This document shows positions 1-13,012 of a stretch of 64,000 nt of DNA, in pieces. The stretch is from Lingula anatina. Taxonomy: Eukaryota; Animalia; Brachiopoda. The stretch spans positions 17,666,587 through 17,730,586 of the forward strand of contig CM120648.1 in assembly GCA_051362555.1 (NCBI GenBank), written 5' to 3'. Position numbers and translations under genes: made by a program. How positions within the stretch are numbered: position 1 is the first letter of the stretch; every line of letters begins with the position of its first letter. Under the pieces are notes generated by a model, which searched no databases, was not told where the DNA came from, and saw only the letters and a list, made by a program, of their open reading frames with translations.

Positions 1-439
1 TCGGTAAGAAGGAATTCTTGTTTTCTTCCAGTTGACAGCATTAGGCTGTTAGGCCGACTACTCGTTTGTTGGGTATATGTATGTCCGCGAGCCAGCACCA
101 GGTCTATTCGATGTATGTTGTGCATACTAGCAGACTTATAACAAATAAGGAACAGATGTTAAATCCCACTGAATGGTTTATAGCCAATATAAACATGCTA
201 TATTTCACGTCTCAGTAGACATCGATAACACAGCATCAGGCACTAATGTTGACATACTATCAGAAAAACCCCCCCTTTTGTGTTAGACGGCTATGAATAG
301 TATTTCCAAACGCACAGCTGACTTAGGTGCATTAAGCCTGTGTACCAATTACGTGTTGGACGCACGGTTTTTTAGGTTCCTTGCATCCGGTGTGAACGGA
401 ATGCAGGTCCGCTTGGAACCTACGGACCACCGTTCCTTA

Positions 440-663
440 AGCCCCCTTTACACTGGACGGCGTCATTTCTACGTCCTTTGGTACGGGCCCGTTTGAGAGT
501 AAAAAAAATAAGAAAAATTTACGTGCCGAGAACTGGCCGATTATTAAGTATTTATTCTGCAACCAAAGCAATGCTTGTTCCTCCTTATTACGACCACAGC
601 GATGCCAGTTTCATCTATATCACAAAGGACGCAGAAAGGACGTCGTCCAGTGTAAAGGGGGTT
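440..663. mobile_element. PIF/Harbinger-like MITE nested in the Ginger left end
   Basis: TIR AGCCCCCTTTACACTGGACG / CGTCCAGTGTAAAGGGGGTT; TTA TSD at 437-439 and 664-666. Confidence 0.75.
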
Positions 664-1133
664 TTAGGAACAGTAGTCCTAATGGGACCTGTATTCCTGA
701 TATAAATATGGATAGGACTTCTATTCCTGGCAAACCTGCATTCCGTTTACTGGAGGTCCGCCCTATATTTATGTTCGTCCCTTTATATTACTACTAGGTG
801 AAGACCATTGACATGAATAGTATGCTTAAGTGAGCATATACAATTACTCCGTAAAATCGTTGGTTTGCAGGTTCATCTCCCTGGCGTAGTGATTAGGCAG
901 TGTAACAATGTGCGTCCATAACAGTATCTTAGAGTAATCTGATGGGAGTTCGAATCCCTCTAAAACTGAAGTTGCGTTTTTAACTTTTGCGTGATTTTTA
1001 TGCCTTTGTCATGTTTGCTGGTCATTTTACTTTGCCACGTCGGATAATTTTGATTGGTTACAGATGTCACGCGCTTTCTTGCACTACTTTACATACGCTC
1101 ACATTCTTTTTCCACACCCTCACTTGACATTGG

Positions 1134-2600
1134 ATATGGAAGGGACGAGCAGCACCCGTGCTAGACCCAACATAGAGGTTATATTTCAGTATCTCCAAGA
1201 GGGCACATACCCGATAGGCACAACACCGACCCAGAAAAGAGTAAATCGAAGAACTAGCAAGTCGAATTATAAAGTAAGCTTTCATTTACAGTTAATTTTC
1301 ATAATGTTCAAAATAAAAATTATTTTCGTTGACAGAGGCCATTTTAGCTTACACACAGACATTCATTCCCGGGAATGACCTATGCTCCTGGAATAAGTGC
1401 CCGGGGGACTACAACTTCTGGTATTTAAGGTCCGGGGGGCTACAATTTTTGGGATTTTAGGTCCGGGGGAGTACTATCTCTAGGATTTTGAGTCCGAAAT
1501 TATTGATTTATATAAATAACTAGCATAATACTAACTTCATGTCATATGTCATTGAAAAGTAATATTTCCGCTGAAGCTCATACAGAGTGAGTTGTTAACT
1601 AAACAATCATGATCAAGTGTTCTTTTTTTTCAGTTTTGGATTTCCCAGGGAAATGTTAACTGACCAGGGAAGGGAGTTTAACAACAATTTGTTACATTCC
1701 ATAACCACACCCCTCCAAATTTAAACACAAGAGAACCACAGCTTACCATCCCCAATGCAATGGTATAGGCCTACATGTATGTAATGCCGTATATTGTCAC
1801 TCATTTTATCCCACAGTTTAGTTAAGGATTAGATTGGCTATTTAATATAATATATATACTATATCATATTATACAACTTATCAGTTTGGTGAAATGAGTA
1901 CATATTATTCTTTAATATTTATATATTGGATGAATTTTACGATTAATCCTTTTTTCTAGAACGTTTTAACAAACCCTTAAGGACATACTGTTAAAGTACC
2001 AGGATGATCACCACTGGGACGGAGTTTTTGGGGGATGTTGTCTTTGCGTATAATACGGCCTTCCATGCATCGTCTGGGTGTTTTCCTTTTTATCTGATGT
2101 TTGGAAGGTAAAGAGGAATATAAACTTTCTTCACCATTAAATATTGAATTCTTTGACGTTTTATTTCAAAATTTTAAATATTATTTTCCACTCATTTTCT
2201 TTAGAGTAATGTTGAACAATGTCGTGTTTTTATTATAGGTTATCTCGGATGGATATAATAAATAAAATTTAAGGAATGGGTAACTGTACATAAAATTAAA
2301 TTTTATTTTGTCTTTAAAGAACCTGTGCTACCAACAGACGTGTGTATTAGTGATGGAGAAGAGTGTGACGAAGGCGTGCCAGGGCCCAGTAGCATAAATA
2401 TGCCGACTGTATCTGAGTGCCAAAAAGAAGTGGAAACAAGAGTAAAGACGATGAACAAAACAGTGGGAGAGGCAGCATTAAGAAACATCAGAAAGGCACA
2501 ACAAGAGCAAAAAAAGCGATATGATGCTCACCATTCGACAGATGAGGTAATACATTTCAATGAGTCATCACTGCTTTTATTATTATTTTTTTTTTTGAAA

Positions 2601-2646
<46 letters not shown>

Positions 2647-2990
2647 ATCAATAATACGATCGTTGTAAGTACACCGTTTGCCTGAGGTTATTTTTATTGT
2701 TGTTGTTGCTTATTTCATACATAATTTCCAATCATATAAATGTAATTTAATTATGATTAATCATTTCAAAAACACTTATCATAACTAAATATATTTTACA
2801 GGTGCTTACCATAGGTACAAAGGTTCTAAAACGCAATCTAAGAATATCAGACAGAAAAGGTGGAAAGCAGGAAGATCCCTGGCTAGGGCCTTATGTATTG
2901 AAAATAAATATCAAAATCGGGAGCGTACATCCTACAAATTGAAGGGTGATGCACCCTTAAAGGTGCCGTCAACGGCTCCAATTTGAAATT
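1134..2990 (+). pseudogene. Ginger/GIN integrase, spliced and frameshifted
   Basis: Exon pieces: IFQYLQEGTYP...KRVNRR (~1134-1273), FGFPREMLTDQGREFNN...RTTAYHPQCN (~1633-1762), ERFN...FAYNTAFHASSGCFPFYLMFGR (~1955-2107), EAALRNIRKAQQEQKKRYD (~2319-2546), GTKVLKRN...RKGGKQEDPWLGPY (~2802 onward; GPY/F domain). No exon with the first catalytic Asp was found. Confidence 0.8.
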
Positions 2991-3673
2991 TTATCTGACA
3001 AATAAATAGGTCTACTAAAATGAAAATAAATTTATTACAACTTCATTTGTGTTATTTTTCATTATTAATTTTTTCATTCAGTTTGTGAATATCAAAATAA
3101 TAAAGGTAACGACACAGGTCATTTTAATACACACATATTATTATTTATTATATGTAACTTCCATTTAAGTGTGAGAGAAAATTAAAGCCTAATCGGACAT
3201 ATAGTCCTAGTATAAATAAGAAAAACAGGTCCCATCCGTACTTGCGCTCCTTGCAATGGGACTTACATTTCTTGGTAACTGTTGTCCCACGGACGTTAAA
3301 TCCTAGTAAAGCATGTCCCAGGACATCCATTCCTAGACACGCTAGACCTAGGACTTTCATTCCCAGGACTTAGTGTCCGGTCAGACTTGTGTTACTAGAA
3401 CTACCATTCCGTTCACACCGGCTAGGACGTAGCTAGATCGCAGGGAATGAATCAAGTGATTGGTGATTGCGAGGAGTGCGCAAGGAGAAAGTGCGTGAAA
3501 AGTACGTGATGACCACAGCCTCCGCACGGCAGAATTACCTGCTGCGCTCTACGGGCTTTCGCACGTGTTCCACGCGTTCCGTGCATGCAAAGTACTAGCA
3601 TCATGCACCACGTACGTTATCCGTACTAAGAGTACGGGTAACGCAAGGACAACGTAAGTGGACGTAAAGCCTA

Positions 3674-5054
3674 CACACACTTGACAATAGAAGTGTCACC
3701 CCCTAACTCAGAGTAATAAAAGTAGGCAGATCTTGGGTAGTTATAATGCCTGGTCTACTTATAATGTGACTAATAAGTATAAAACCGCTATACCATGGAA
3801 TTGTATTGTTGGTCTTGTACATGTACAGCAAATGTTAATTCTGTCTTCCTCCAATATGGCAAGATACAGGCAATTATGTAACGGTTACAGGTGCAAGTTA
3901 TTAACCTGAAGAGGCGGAATATAAGCAATGTCAGAATATCGATACAATTGAATTGTTCAGTCAGAACCGTGCAGAGGGTCTGGTCTCGGTATAGAAACAC
4001 TGGATCAAGAGACAAATTGCGTCTGATGGGTCGTCCAAGAAAAACTACTGGCCGTGAAGACCGACGACTGAATTTGATGTCCAGGTTATCAACAAACGAC
4101 ACTGCATGTCAGTTGACAACACAGTGGAACAATTTCACACATAAGAATGTGTCTGTGAAAATTGCTAGGCGTCGGTTACATGCTCATAGAGTGTACAGCA
4201 GGGTAGCAAGACTGAAACCTCTTATATCGTTACAAAACAGGCAACGTAGAGTGAACTAGGGTCAACAGGATCTGGAACTGGACAGTCCATGACAATAAGT
4301 CCTATATATTTTTTTTTCTGATGAGTGTCGCTTTGGTCTGACCTCTGATGACAGACGGGTACGATGCTGGCGAACTGCTGGTAAAGCATTTGAACCACAT
4401 GCACTGAATTTTTGAACCCGGAGCAGCATATTCATCATGGTGTGGGGCTGCATCAGCATCCATGGCATGGGCGAATTGATAGTGGTTGATGGAAACATAG
4501 AAATATATCGATATTTTGGAGTCAGGCTTGCTACCATCTATCACTAACATGTTTGGTTACAGGAATTATCCATTTGTTCACCAGGATGACAATGCTCCTT
4601 GTCACAGGCCCAGAGCAGTTGATGATTGGTTTGACCAACAGGACATTGGCAGGGTGACGTGGCCTGCCCAGAGTCCGGATGCAAACATAATAGAAAATGT
4701 GTGGAATGATATGTCAAAACTTTTGACAAATACCCGTCTAACCAGCAGAGAAACTCTATTATATTCAGTGTTTCATGCTCGGGCCAGCGTAAGCCCTGAA
4801 CGCATCAGACAATTATATGAATCCTTGCCTCGTAGACTGGCACCTGTTATTAGGTCACATGGCTATGCCACTAAGTACTAATTTTTGACTTGAAACTGCA
4901 TATTTTGGTAGAATGTATATTTTGTTCTCATTTTGTGATTTTTTGTGAAATTTGATGTTAATAAAATGATACCAGGAGCATATCATTACACAGTCATTTA
5001 TCTCCCCCATAGTATTGGTTCAGTAGGGGTGACACTTCTATTGTCCAGTGTGTG
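3674..5054 (+). mobile_element. Tc1 (DD34E) transposon, defective copy 1
   Basis: TIR CACACACT(T/G)GACAATAGAAGTGTCACCCC; TA TSD (3672-73, 5055-56); HTH with GRPRKTT, FSDE, MVWGCI, QDDNAPCH...SPDANIIE (34 aa between D and E); internal stops and frameshifts. Confidence 0.93.
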
Positions 5055-5841
5055 TAGGTCCCAATTACGTTTTGGACGCACGTTTTTTTTTTTTTTTTTT
5101 TTTTTTTTTTGGTTCCTTGCGTCCAGCTAGGACGTAGCTAGATCGCATGTAGCGGCTGTTGATCATGTCGAAAAGTTTCTACGTGCTGTTTGCGTCCTCC
5201 AAAAGTCGCACGATGGACGTGCTCCTCACGCACGAACTCCCACGTTTCCTCATTTTTTTGGCCGTAGACCACACGTAGCAGCTCGTACGTTCGGTTGGGA
5301 CCTAGGCTTTACTTGATTCCTTCCCTGCGATCTAGCTACGTCCTAGACGGACGTTAGGAACATAAAAACCGTGCGTCCATAACGTAGTTGGGAACTAGGC
5401 TTTAGGCAGCTTACTAGGGTCAACGAGAGACAAAGACTGTATTAACAAAACGGTTATGCATAATAACCTCTACTGGGGACCCAAATATTAATTATATACA
5501 CTTTTTGAAAACGAAGTATACACCCCAGCGCAGTGGACTTACTGTGATCACACTGAAACCATACCTCAAATCTGCCCCAATTTAAGGTAAACATGGTGTA
5601 TACTCTACAGAAGTACAGCTGAGCTAAGGGAATGGGACGTTACCACTTTTAACAACTTAACTGGTTACTTTTTTATAACACCCCTCCTCTTTTATGAAAG
5701 GATTGTGTTACTTGAACATAACACTCTGTCTTATCAACAGACAATAGTTTGGTAATTTATTGCAGCATGGGGTGTTATCTCTTAATTGTCTAAAAATTGT
5801 GAACACAGACATGTCAACTCTAATACCCTACAACTATCACC

Positions 5842-5842
<1 letters not shown>

Positions 5843-5875
<33 letters not shown>
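5843..5875. repeat. (GTTA)n microsatellite
   Basis: About 8 direct GTTA units. Confidence 0.9.
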
Positions 5876-5877
<2 letters not shown>

Positions 5878-6440
5878 TGGTGACATGAATAACAAACATA
5901 TAACAATTTAGAACTTTCTGAGCTCAACTGTAGCATTGTACTGTAACCACGCTTTACAAAAATCTCAGTAGAAATGAGGCAAAATGCTTCACTGCAGTAG
6001 TACATAATTACCACGTTTCTACTCTGACACGCTCTACGATTCAGTTACGATACAGGTGCCAAAGAGTTACGAATATTCGTGGGATTCGGCTGGAATCGCA
6101 CGAATATTGTCCAGAAATTCACTACGATTTCGTGGCCAAAATTTTGAACAGCTCAAAAATTTTGCCACGAATTCCCGATTGGTCAAGAATTGCAAGAACT
6201 GACTACGATTATATACGAATCTGTTAAGACCTTCACGAACTGATTACGATCCAACCACGAATGCTGAAATTTGTCAATCCCTGGCCATTCGTGGGATTCG
6301 TGGTCTGTGTGAAATAGGGGCATAAAGCGAATAAACATGTGTGTGAACTATAGCATTACCTTTCATTTCAGTCCAACCAATAGAGGTGGCACGCGAATCA
6401 CAAATAAAATTAACTCTGCACATCGAATGCTGAACTGGTC

Positions 6441-9400
6441 ATGGGCACCGAATTTTTCTCTTTACGCTCCGTTCCCCCGGAAATAGAGGGAGCAATGTGC
6501 GATTCACACGAGCTTAACAGAGAACCTGTTCGTTTGCATACCTTTAAGGAATGGCCTGACTGGGTGCCTGTGCCTGGGAACGAACTAGCTAGCGCAGGTT
6601 TCCATTATTTTGGAATCGAAGATGCTGTGGCTTGTTATTCTTGTCAGTGCACTATTAAGGACTGGCGTGAAGGAGATGATATAAACATGCGACATGTTGA
6701 AGCATCGCCTTTCTGCAGCTTCCTCAACAACATAGCTCCGAAGCAAGGCACCACAATATTCACTGACATGAAGCTCGAGGAAAACCGTCTCCATACATTC
6801 GGACGGTGGCCCCCATACACCTCTCCCAACCCCAGGGAGCTAGCAAAAGCTGGGTTTTGTGATATTGGCGAGGCACGCCAGGTTCAGTGCCCTTTTTGTG
6901 GTTGCACCCTTCAGCTTACAGATTTTGCAATTAGTAAGTATGATTTTTACGGTAAATGCATGTATATATGTAGTTTACATTTATTCCATTTCATTCATGG
7001 CAATTATGTATTTATGTGATTTGGAAAAGAATCGAATTGAATTGAAAAGTTATTTCACTGGCACATGTTCCACTTTGCCGAAAGATTCTGATATGTTAGT
7101 GCAGACGTAATATTTTGTTTGGTGCTAAATTATGTAAACATTGAATTATATTTGTGTCTGAAATTTAGACTATCTGGGATAACGCATAACTAAAGAAAAT
7201 ACTTGAAATTTAAGTCAATCAACGTCCTTTTAATACTTCTTCAAATAAGCCAAATAAATCACTTTTTGAGTGTTAAGAATATTAAGAATGATAATGATAA
7301 TTTATAATATATTTTGTTTATTTTCCATATTTTTGTATAAATATCCATAAATTCTCCTTAGCACTCTGAACCCATAAGATGTTCAATACACATTTCACTA
7401 CTATTGTAGGTCCCTTCCTTCCATTCAACCTGCATGCGCAACAGAGCCCTTCCTGCCCCTTTGTGAGAGAAAAGGAGAAACACAACATTCCACTTGATAT
7501 CGATGATAAGCGTGGGTGTGCTGTGATCAAACCAGGTATAAATGTCTGAGTGTTTTATTTGTTCCTATACTATCCGTCCCCTCCCTTCCACTCAAGGCAC
7601 CACAAGTATCGTGCAGCGCTTGAGGCAACTGTAACCTAGCCTTTACTAATTGGATATGGATCAGAATAACATTTGTTTTTTATAAACTGAATATGTGTTT
7701 GATGTAGGTTCACCACCCATAAGAGATAAATTGCATCATCTATCAAATATTGTAGCTTTTGTCTTTCTTTTTTCTACGTTTCAAGATCAACGTTGATAAT
7801 ACATGCACAGTCTTTGCCTTGTCATTTAGGCCGTTTGCTTGCTGGTCCAGTCTATCCTAGATTCAGTGATATTGATAGTCGTCAGGAAACTTTTGAGACA
7901 TGGCCGTTCCATCTTCCCACACTACCTAATAAGTTACAAACAGCGGGCTTCTTTTACAGAGGTGAGACACCTGTTTTAACGGCAGTTCTTTCATGTTTAA
8001 TGAAAAGCTAGTTAAGATATCAATCGTAATTCAAATTTATTGTATGGTATTTATGTTCATTAATTGCGTCGCTGAATAAGCATTATGTTTGGTTTTGTCG
8101 CACTTTTAAAAAAATTTGAAGAAACTGATGGCAATAGGTACCAATACAATGGCAAATATACTAGTAACAACAACAAAGTATGAGAGCTTTATCTAAAGCG
8201 ATGTTAAAAAGACAGCATCTCATAAAAGTATTATATTATATTATATGCTAAATTCTCAAACCAAATCTTATTTACTTGAGAAAAAAATTTAAAAAAAAAA
8301 CATCTTAGTTTAAAACTTACATCATTGCTGATTTTACCGTTACCTTATGGCCTGAATTTTGAAAGAAAGATAAATAGTTTTATCGGATATTTTGACATTT
8401 CTAAAAGTTATAGAATGCTGGTTATAAAGTGGAGAAAAAATCAATATTAATATTGTGGTTTTGCAGGTTTTTCGGACAACGTCACATGTTTTTATTGCGG
8501 TGGACAACTTCGAAACTGGGAAAACAACGGCGGTTCACTGACAAATATAGCATGGATAGAGCACGCGCGGTGGCTTCCGAGATGTCCATTTTTGTTGCTT
8601 AAAAAGGGACCAGAGTTTGTTGATATGGTGCAGACAATATACCCACCTAAGGTGTGCTAAATAATGTACTTTGGGTTGATATCATAAACATATTAAGCAA
8701 TGTCTTTTCCAGGTTATCGTATTAAACTTACCAGTCACCAAGTCTGATTTATTTTCTCACAAATAATATGACAACCGAGAGCAAATAACCACTATTTTAT
8801 TTATTTATTTAACTATTTATTCATTTATTTATTTGTTTGTTTATTTTGTTTTCCGGACAATATTTATATTATTGCTTACTAACATGTTAATGTTCTATTT
8901 CCATTCAAAAAGATACCAGAAGACAACTCTAGATGTAATGAAGCCTATACAGCAGTTACAAGTGATGATTCATTGTTTGACATGGCAAGGCTACAATACG
9001 AAATAGAGCAGATCGGTAAGTTTGTGCTGTTTCCTGTGAGCAAATATTTCCCCTCCCATATTAACTGTAAGTATTGTATTGGGCGTGTACTTTACATGTT
9101 GTATATGGTATCTATAATTATGTTCCCAATCATTAAGCATAAGCTTAGTTTTCTTTATCGTTTCTCCTCTGAGACCAAATGGCATATTTGACTTTCATAT
9201 TTGACTGCGTCAGTTTTGATTATTTTTCTGATGCATTGACATTAAGGGTCAATTAATCAGTACATCATCAATCTCAACCTGCATTGGTATACATCTTCGT
9301 CAATTTTGTTAAGGCGCCTTCTGCTGGTATATTTCATCTCTCACATTGTTACAGGAAAAATTACAAAATTACAGAACGAAATTGCAGAAATGGCAGGATC

Positions 9401-9593
9401 AATAAGCAGTCTTCAGATCCAACACGACGAAGCTTTGAGAAAAGTGAGGTGTCCAGTATGCATTGACCGGGAAGTCAATACTCTACTCAAACGTTGCAAC
9501 CACGTCGTGTGCGAGTCATGTGCGCCAAATTTATCTACATGCCCTATATGTCGCAGTGTCGTCGATAATAAGGAACGATTTTATTTCGGATAA
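6441..9593 (+). CDS. Inhibitor of apoptosis protein (3 BIR domains + coiled segment + C-terminal RING), ~425 aa; exons 6441-6933, 7410-7535, 7830-7961, 8467-8651, 8913-9015, 9355-9593
   Basis: BIR1 RLHTF..W...LASAGF...CYSC...W...H...SPFC; BIR2 RLHTF...LAKAGF...CPFC | HAQQSPSCPFV; BIR3 RQETF...AGFFYRG | DNVTCFYCGG...EHARWLPRCPFL; RING CPVCID...CNHVVCESC...CPICR. The GT-AG junctions are phase-compatible (1278 nt). The start could be 6495. Confidence 0.9.
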
Positions 9594-9633
9594 ACGTGTT
9601 AATATATAATATTATAGTCAGGTCAGGTCTCGC

Positions 9634-10301
9634 CACCCTGAGCTTCAGAGCTAACTTGACACTAACCTATTCACTGTAGCCTATCTTCATCGTGTCAAGT
9701 AACCTCTGACCAGATTCGATTGCCTCCGCCGCCCGCCAATCAAATTTAAAAGCCCGCACTCAATGACTCATTAAACGATCTAGCCAATGAACGCGAACGA
9801 GTCAAAGCGCCCTTTGTTCAAATCCGGACCAATCAAAGATAAGGCTGAATATCAGTGTCTTGCCGTAACCTGTGGGCAGCACGCAAATAACATCGTCTCT
9901 CAGTAGATAATGATGCAGGGCCTCAAACTGCTAGACCCTATGGTTTCAATTCCGATTTACTCATATTTCGCAAAGAATCAAGAGATAACTTAACACATTC
10001 TTTTTCGTAGTCACTCGCCTTGCTTTCTTTGTGTACGGTAATACACTCGGAACTACTCGGATGTCTCCGCACTCGACAATAACTTTGTTGTTAGTATGGA
10101 GCTTGCGGAATCAGCCGAGGATTGCCGATTGACGGTCAACCAATCAGCGTTTTCACCAAACTTTGGTGAAAAATTTTGAAACATGGATTTGATTGGCTTA
10201 TATAAACTAGGTCAAACTATTTTCGTCAGAGGTTACTTGACACGATGAAGATAGGCTACAGTGAAGAGGTTAGTGTCAAGTTAGCTCTGAAGCTCAGGGT
10301 G
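9634..10301. mobile_element. Non-autonomous TIR element (hAT/P-like, 8-bp TSD) just downstream of the IAP stop
   Basis: ~76-bp near-perfect TIR CACCCTGAGCTTCAGAGCTAACTTGACACTAACC...; TSD GGTCTCGC at 9626-9633 and 10302-10309. Confidence 0.85.
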
Positions 10302-12484
10302 GGTCTCGCCTGCTACTGGTAACATGTAAACCAGTACTACCTGTCCCATGGTTGGATTGTCGGCGACTAAACCGGCTCCCCCACTGGGCTTACCCAGTAG
10401 GGATGGTGCGTAAACACCCAGCAGCAATAAAAACAAACCTGTCAAAGGGCGGATGAGCTCCTTTGCGAGTTATTGGGCCATTCCATCAGAAAAAGAGGGA
10501 TTGGAGAATCTTAGCCTTAGTAGTAGAATAGCTGGCAAAAGTACCCGAGGCAGAAAACGAATGACCTTACTTGACAGTTTTGAATTACCAACTAAACACC
10601 TTTAGTCATGGGCGAGAAACAAAAACCTTCCGGATAATATCAACGTTCGTCAAACACCGCATGGGTGATGGCATATGAAGAAGAACCAAAGTTTAGTGAT
10701 TTAATTTATCACTGGGTAACCTTGTTATAAATGTATCAAGAACAAAGTGTAATTTGTAACTGATATCAGATTTATTGAAACTATGTTACAATCTGTTGTG
10801 TTTATTCATTTATTCTTATTAAAACATTTTACAGCAATCCTTTTTTATTTGTTTTATGATCCAAATGCGTCAAATACGTCCACTTTTGTTTGTTATGCTT
10901 TCCTAGCATTAGTTAATTTACTGAATACTTTTTTAAAAGAACATCTCCAAAGCTACTTGGCAACCTGCCATAGTTAAACACTGTGGCATGTGACTCTCGA
11001 CTTTTTGTTCCATTTAATGTGTATCAAATATTCTATATATAAAAACTTTATTAACCTATCAGCATCGATCACGCCAATTCTGTTACAAGTTTTCCTATAG
11101 TAAAACAATCAAATAAGTACCTGGAGCCTCGTCTTCAAAATCCGTAAAACTGTTTTGTATAAGTCTTCCAACTTCCGCTGCCGATGGCCGTTGAGAGACA
11201 CTTATTCGACATAATTTACACTGAGATCATTGCATCCTGGCCTCTTTATAGTAGAACATGTGTGTCTTTAACAGTCTTTAATTCCCCCCCCCCCCCCGCC
11301 TCCTTCTTACTAAATAAAATACAACAAAAATCTATGAAACTGATTTTGCATTACGCTCAAATAATTTACGTTACTAATCAATTAAATTGACATTATTCAA
11401 TAATTTCATTTGGGTAACCTTAAAAACACGTCATTTGTGAAGCAGTATATTAAATTGGACATGCTGTAAATAAACATTGAAAATTCGGCCTGCATTTTAG
11501 GCTTTAGCTAAAGTAGTTGCTATTGTCCCCCTCTATTCTTCTCTCTGCCTGTCCAAGTGCATAACTTTAGGTCATGTCTGTTATTTCTAATTGTTTCTAC
11601 AGTGTAGGCGAGTTTACTTTAGCTATATTGTAAGGGGATTACCTTTGTATTAAGTGATAGCCTAAATAACACTCCATGGGAATCCCAGACCCCTCCCCAA
11701 CTATATAAAACAAAACACTACATGTGCGATAGTGAAAATGTTATTGCAAAATGCGTTTAAAATCGAAGGAATGTTAATCTTAGGTAATCCAATAAAGTCA
11801 ATTTCTTTTAAAGTGTGAATCTAATCTCCAAAACAGCCCATCATTTTAGCAAAAGCGTACTTGAACCACAAAAGAGGCACTTCATCATCCAATATTAAGA
11901 GTCCTGGTTGAGAAAAAAAAACGACCCAGAGACTGATTTATTTCATTGAACCCCCTTGTATACCTTACCATGACTGTCAAAGTTACACAAAAATGTAAAG
12001 CTCCAACCCGATTAGATCAACCAACCTTACAACAAATATCATAGAGCTCGCTTTGTATAATAGCGACATCTATACGTGAAATTGATCTCAACAAACGCAA
12101 TGTTGCTTCCTTATATTTACCTATGCCATGTTTCTGATGCACATTGTACGCCTCTGTTGTCTCTTACTCAAGCACTGGTCGTGTGCATGCTAATATGGTG
12201 TCCTTTATCATATGACTGCTTTTCTAGATACGCCAGTCAGAAAAATAGCGTCATTTACAAACATAGCTGCAATTATCATATTATATAATATTTTGATTGT
12301 GGAAAGCTGCAGACAAACAAGCTCTGACCCACAAGCATTTAATAGGTTTATAGCATGAGGTAAAGGATCGGGGCAAACAAGATTATTTGCAAAAAAATTG
12401 CGAAATGCAGGTGGCCTTTGCATGTCTTTCCGAAATAGTTAGTTCGGACAACTTAAAATAAGGGACTATTCCCACAGATATTTG

Positions 12485-12672
12485 GATCGATCTTTCTCCC
12501 TGGGTAGTCTCACTAAATTGCTATAAACGTAATCGGCTTAAATGCCTATCACGCCCAGAATAGCTGTTAGGGTGTAATTATTTTTACCCCCAAGCTGATT
12601 CGGTAGGCGTGACACACGGCCGATTTAGTTGATAGCAATTTAGTGAGACACCCCAGGGAGTTAAACCGATCC
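12485..12672. mobile_element. Fold-back palindromic MITE (family also at 58568, 61276, 61655)
   Basis: GATCG...CTCCCTGGG...TCTCACTAAATTGCTAT pairs with ATAGCAATTTAGTGAGA...CCCAGGGAG...CGATC; centre GGGTGTAAT...TTACCCC. Confidence 0.75.
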
Positions 12673-13012
12673 AGATGAATCGATCTAGGCATTCATTAGT
12701 CTAAGAAAGAGCCATGTACTAACCCACGCATATGTCACTTCTCCCTTAACGTATGTGAATCTAACGGAGAACGGATCTTATTTACAAAGAGGGAAAAGGT
12801 TATCTGCATTAAATGTATGTGCAGTATTTCGAGCATTAAGAAAATGATTAATGGTCGGACAGGTATGCAAAACACTCAACCCCGCACGGTAACGTATCAG
12901 CAATTTCCTATTCTATAACCCTATAAACTGTTCAGTTCTTGGGCAGTACATTGACTTGTAAATGTATAGATTTACACTGACACTGTGCCATGTATTATAG
13001 GCTTTGGTGAAA

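Larger units (their letters stand above)
391..3417 (+). mobile_element. Ginger1-type DNA transposon (Gypsy-like integrase with introns), degenerate
   Basis: TIRs TGTGAACGGAATG (391) / CATTCCGTTCACA (3417); exact CCGG TSD at 387-390 and 3418-3421; ~20-bp subterminal repeats; integrase motifs in exon-sized pieces. Confidence 0.85.
333..5402. mobile_element. Outer non-autonomous TIR element (Harbinger/MITE-like) hosting nested insertions
   Basis: Left end AAGCCTGTGTACCAATTACGTGTTGGACGCACGG...GGCTAGGACGTAGCTAGATCGCAGGGAA (split by the Ginger insertion) is the imperfect reverse complement of the right end TTCCCTGCGATCTAGCTACGTCCTAG...CCGTGCGTCCATAACGTAGTTGGGAACTAGGCTT; a related element spans ~3667-5309. 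Confidence 0.6.

Noticed and set aside
1134-2990. Gypsy LTR retrotransposon or host GIN1 gene
   Set aside because: No LTR, RT or gag; bounded by TIRs with a 4-bp TSD and frameshifted
7786-7829. Alternative IAP acceptor at 7785
   Set aside because: Gives an immediate TGA in the incoming phase; the acceptor at 7829 keeps the frame
10310-10680. RTE-like LINE 5' end with an HDV-like ribozyme
   Set aside because: Could not build a convincing nested pseudoknot by eye, and no downstream ORF is present
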